Part shown: positions 62,490-64,000 of the stretch, piece by piece
How positions within the stretch are numbered: position 1 is the stretch's first letter
Layout: every line of letters starts with the position of its first letter
NCBI GenBank assembly: GCA_964016885.1
Contig: OZ024748.1
Span: 23,870,001 to 23,934,000 of the forward strand
Reading direction: 5' to 3'
Source of the DNA: Eledone cirrhosa
Lineage: Eukaryota
DNA: 64,000 bases
Program-made: the position numbers and the translations under genes
The notes under the pieces: model-generated
What the model was told of the DNA's origin: nothing
Seen by the model: the letters and a program-made list of their open reading frames with translations, nothing else
The model's database searches: none

Positions 62490-62692
62490 ACTCCCTCACC
62501 CCTACCCTTGACAGGATACTAGTCCATCGCAGGGTTTATCCTCATCTACTGCTGGTACTCATTTTCAGCTGAGTGTACTGGAGCAACGTGAAATATTTTA
62601 CTCAAGAAAACACACACAACTCGGTCCAAGAATCGAACACACAACATTATAATCGCAAGTTCAACACCTTAACCCCTAGGCCATGCGACTTT
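62490..62692 (-). mobile_element. tRNA-SINE (family S2) copy
   Basis: gctggtactcattttcagctgagtgtactggagcaacgtgaaa..aatcgaac..cttaacccctaggccatgcg. Confidence 0.6.
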
Positions 62693-63744
62693 ACCCGGTT
62701 AGTAACAGCTAGTAAATTGTTTCAGAAAAGCTGCTATATCGAGGCAACATGATTTTTGTATGGATCAATCAGTAAAGAGCCTCTTAAGAAAATCGTTACA
62801 ATTTGTGCGGTCAGTTGGTCTTGGTTAACACTCTCATGGAAAAATGTTCCAATTTGTGTGCTCAATTGATCTTGATCTAGTGCAATCTGTGCGCTCAGTT
62901 GATCTTGATCAACACTCTCATCTCAGTAGCTTAAGTAATCACTTAAACTGTAATAATTCAGATGGCCACATTCTTGAGATCAACAACATTAACAGAATCA
63001 ACTCTTTGCTTGTTTGATTTTCAGCATTATACTTTGCAAGACTTTGAAAATAAAAGCACAAGCTCATCATCGGTGTCTTATATAATGATTTCGAAAACAC
63101 TCGGCGACTTTTCAATCAATGTTGTAGATAATAGGAGGCTCCCTGTCTACAGTAAGACATTTTCGCTTGGACGAGTTCTAGCAACAATAATACTATGACT
63201 AAGATGGTTATGCTTCAGAGAGCGACAGGGCAACAGAAGAAAGTAAATTTACTTGTCACTGTTTTTCAGAATTAAGACAGTTTTAACAGCCCAAGCGTGT
63301 CTTGTAACACACAAAGACTGCCGTTGGTCATAATTTGATGATGAATGATAATGATGAAGGTGGCGGTGGCGGCGGCGGTGGTGGTGGTGGTTGTGAATGC
63401 TGATAGCGATGATGATAAGGAGGAGGAGAATGGTGATGGTGAGGATGATGATGATGATGATGATGATGATGGTGATTATGAGGAGGGGTGGTGATGATAA
63501 GGATGATGATGATAAGGAGGGGAGGAAGAGAAGGATGATGGTGACGATGATGATGATAAGGAGGAAGAGGAGGAGGATAGTGATGATGATGATTCATTGA
63601 TAACCAATTGACAGCTTTGTTACAACTAACTACAGACATTCCATATCTGACATCAGTAGAAAGCTCTGCTGTTGAAATCTCAGTTGTAATCTTCACAAAA
63701 TCGTTTTATCGTCTTAATCTGACTTTATTGAAATAAAAAATCTC

Positions 63745-64000
63745 TCAATTTGATCCTCATATTGTCTTCGATGTAAATAAGACATATATGACTTAGCTAT
63801 AACTAACGCTCAATACTATAACTAACGTCTTGTCTAAGGTGTAGATAAGACACATATGATCCGGCTATAACTAACGCTCAGTTTGATCCGCATCTTGTCT
63901 AAGTTGTAGATAAGACACATGTGACTCAGCTATAACTAACATTCAATTTGATCATCGTTTTGTCTAAGGTGTAGATAAGACACACATGACTCAGCTATGA
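63745..64000. repeat. ~65-bp tandem repeat running off the window end
   Basis: tca(a/g)tttgatc..ttgtctaaggtgtagataagacacatatgactcagctataactaacgc, about 4 copies. Confidence 0.85.

Noticed and set aside
62962-63198. 78-aa ORF or possible exon 63026-63151
   Set aside because: No recognisable homology; the splice-like sites could be chance

Overview
AT-rich eukaryotic non-genic or intronic DNA, probably from an Octopus-like cephalopod (inferred from the recurring SINE family and microsatellite load). No complete host gene is recognisable, and nearly all listed ORFs are translations of micro- or minisatellites. Recognisable TE content: a 5'-truncated Penelope-like element (RT thumb + CxC linker + GIY-YIG), RTE and R4/Dong-like LINE fragments, several non-autonomous Helitrons, many tRNA-SINE copies and large tandem arrays, including a 10.7 kb array with a 3090-bp higher-order duplication. 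The most striking signal is about 12 fold-back (inverted-repeat) mini-insertions in or beside (TA)n tracts, from about 9-10 unrelated sequence families. Almost all contain a whole or half type-I hammerhead ribozyme. The inversion often pivots on the ribozyme stem II or at its 5' edge. The short arm repeatedly stops a few nt before a shared, covarying YRCTC..GAGYR hairpin that opens a 3' tail. I infer a two-ended (twin-primed) Penelope-type integration with two fixed start points. All structures were read by eye; no folding, alignment or database search was run.
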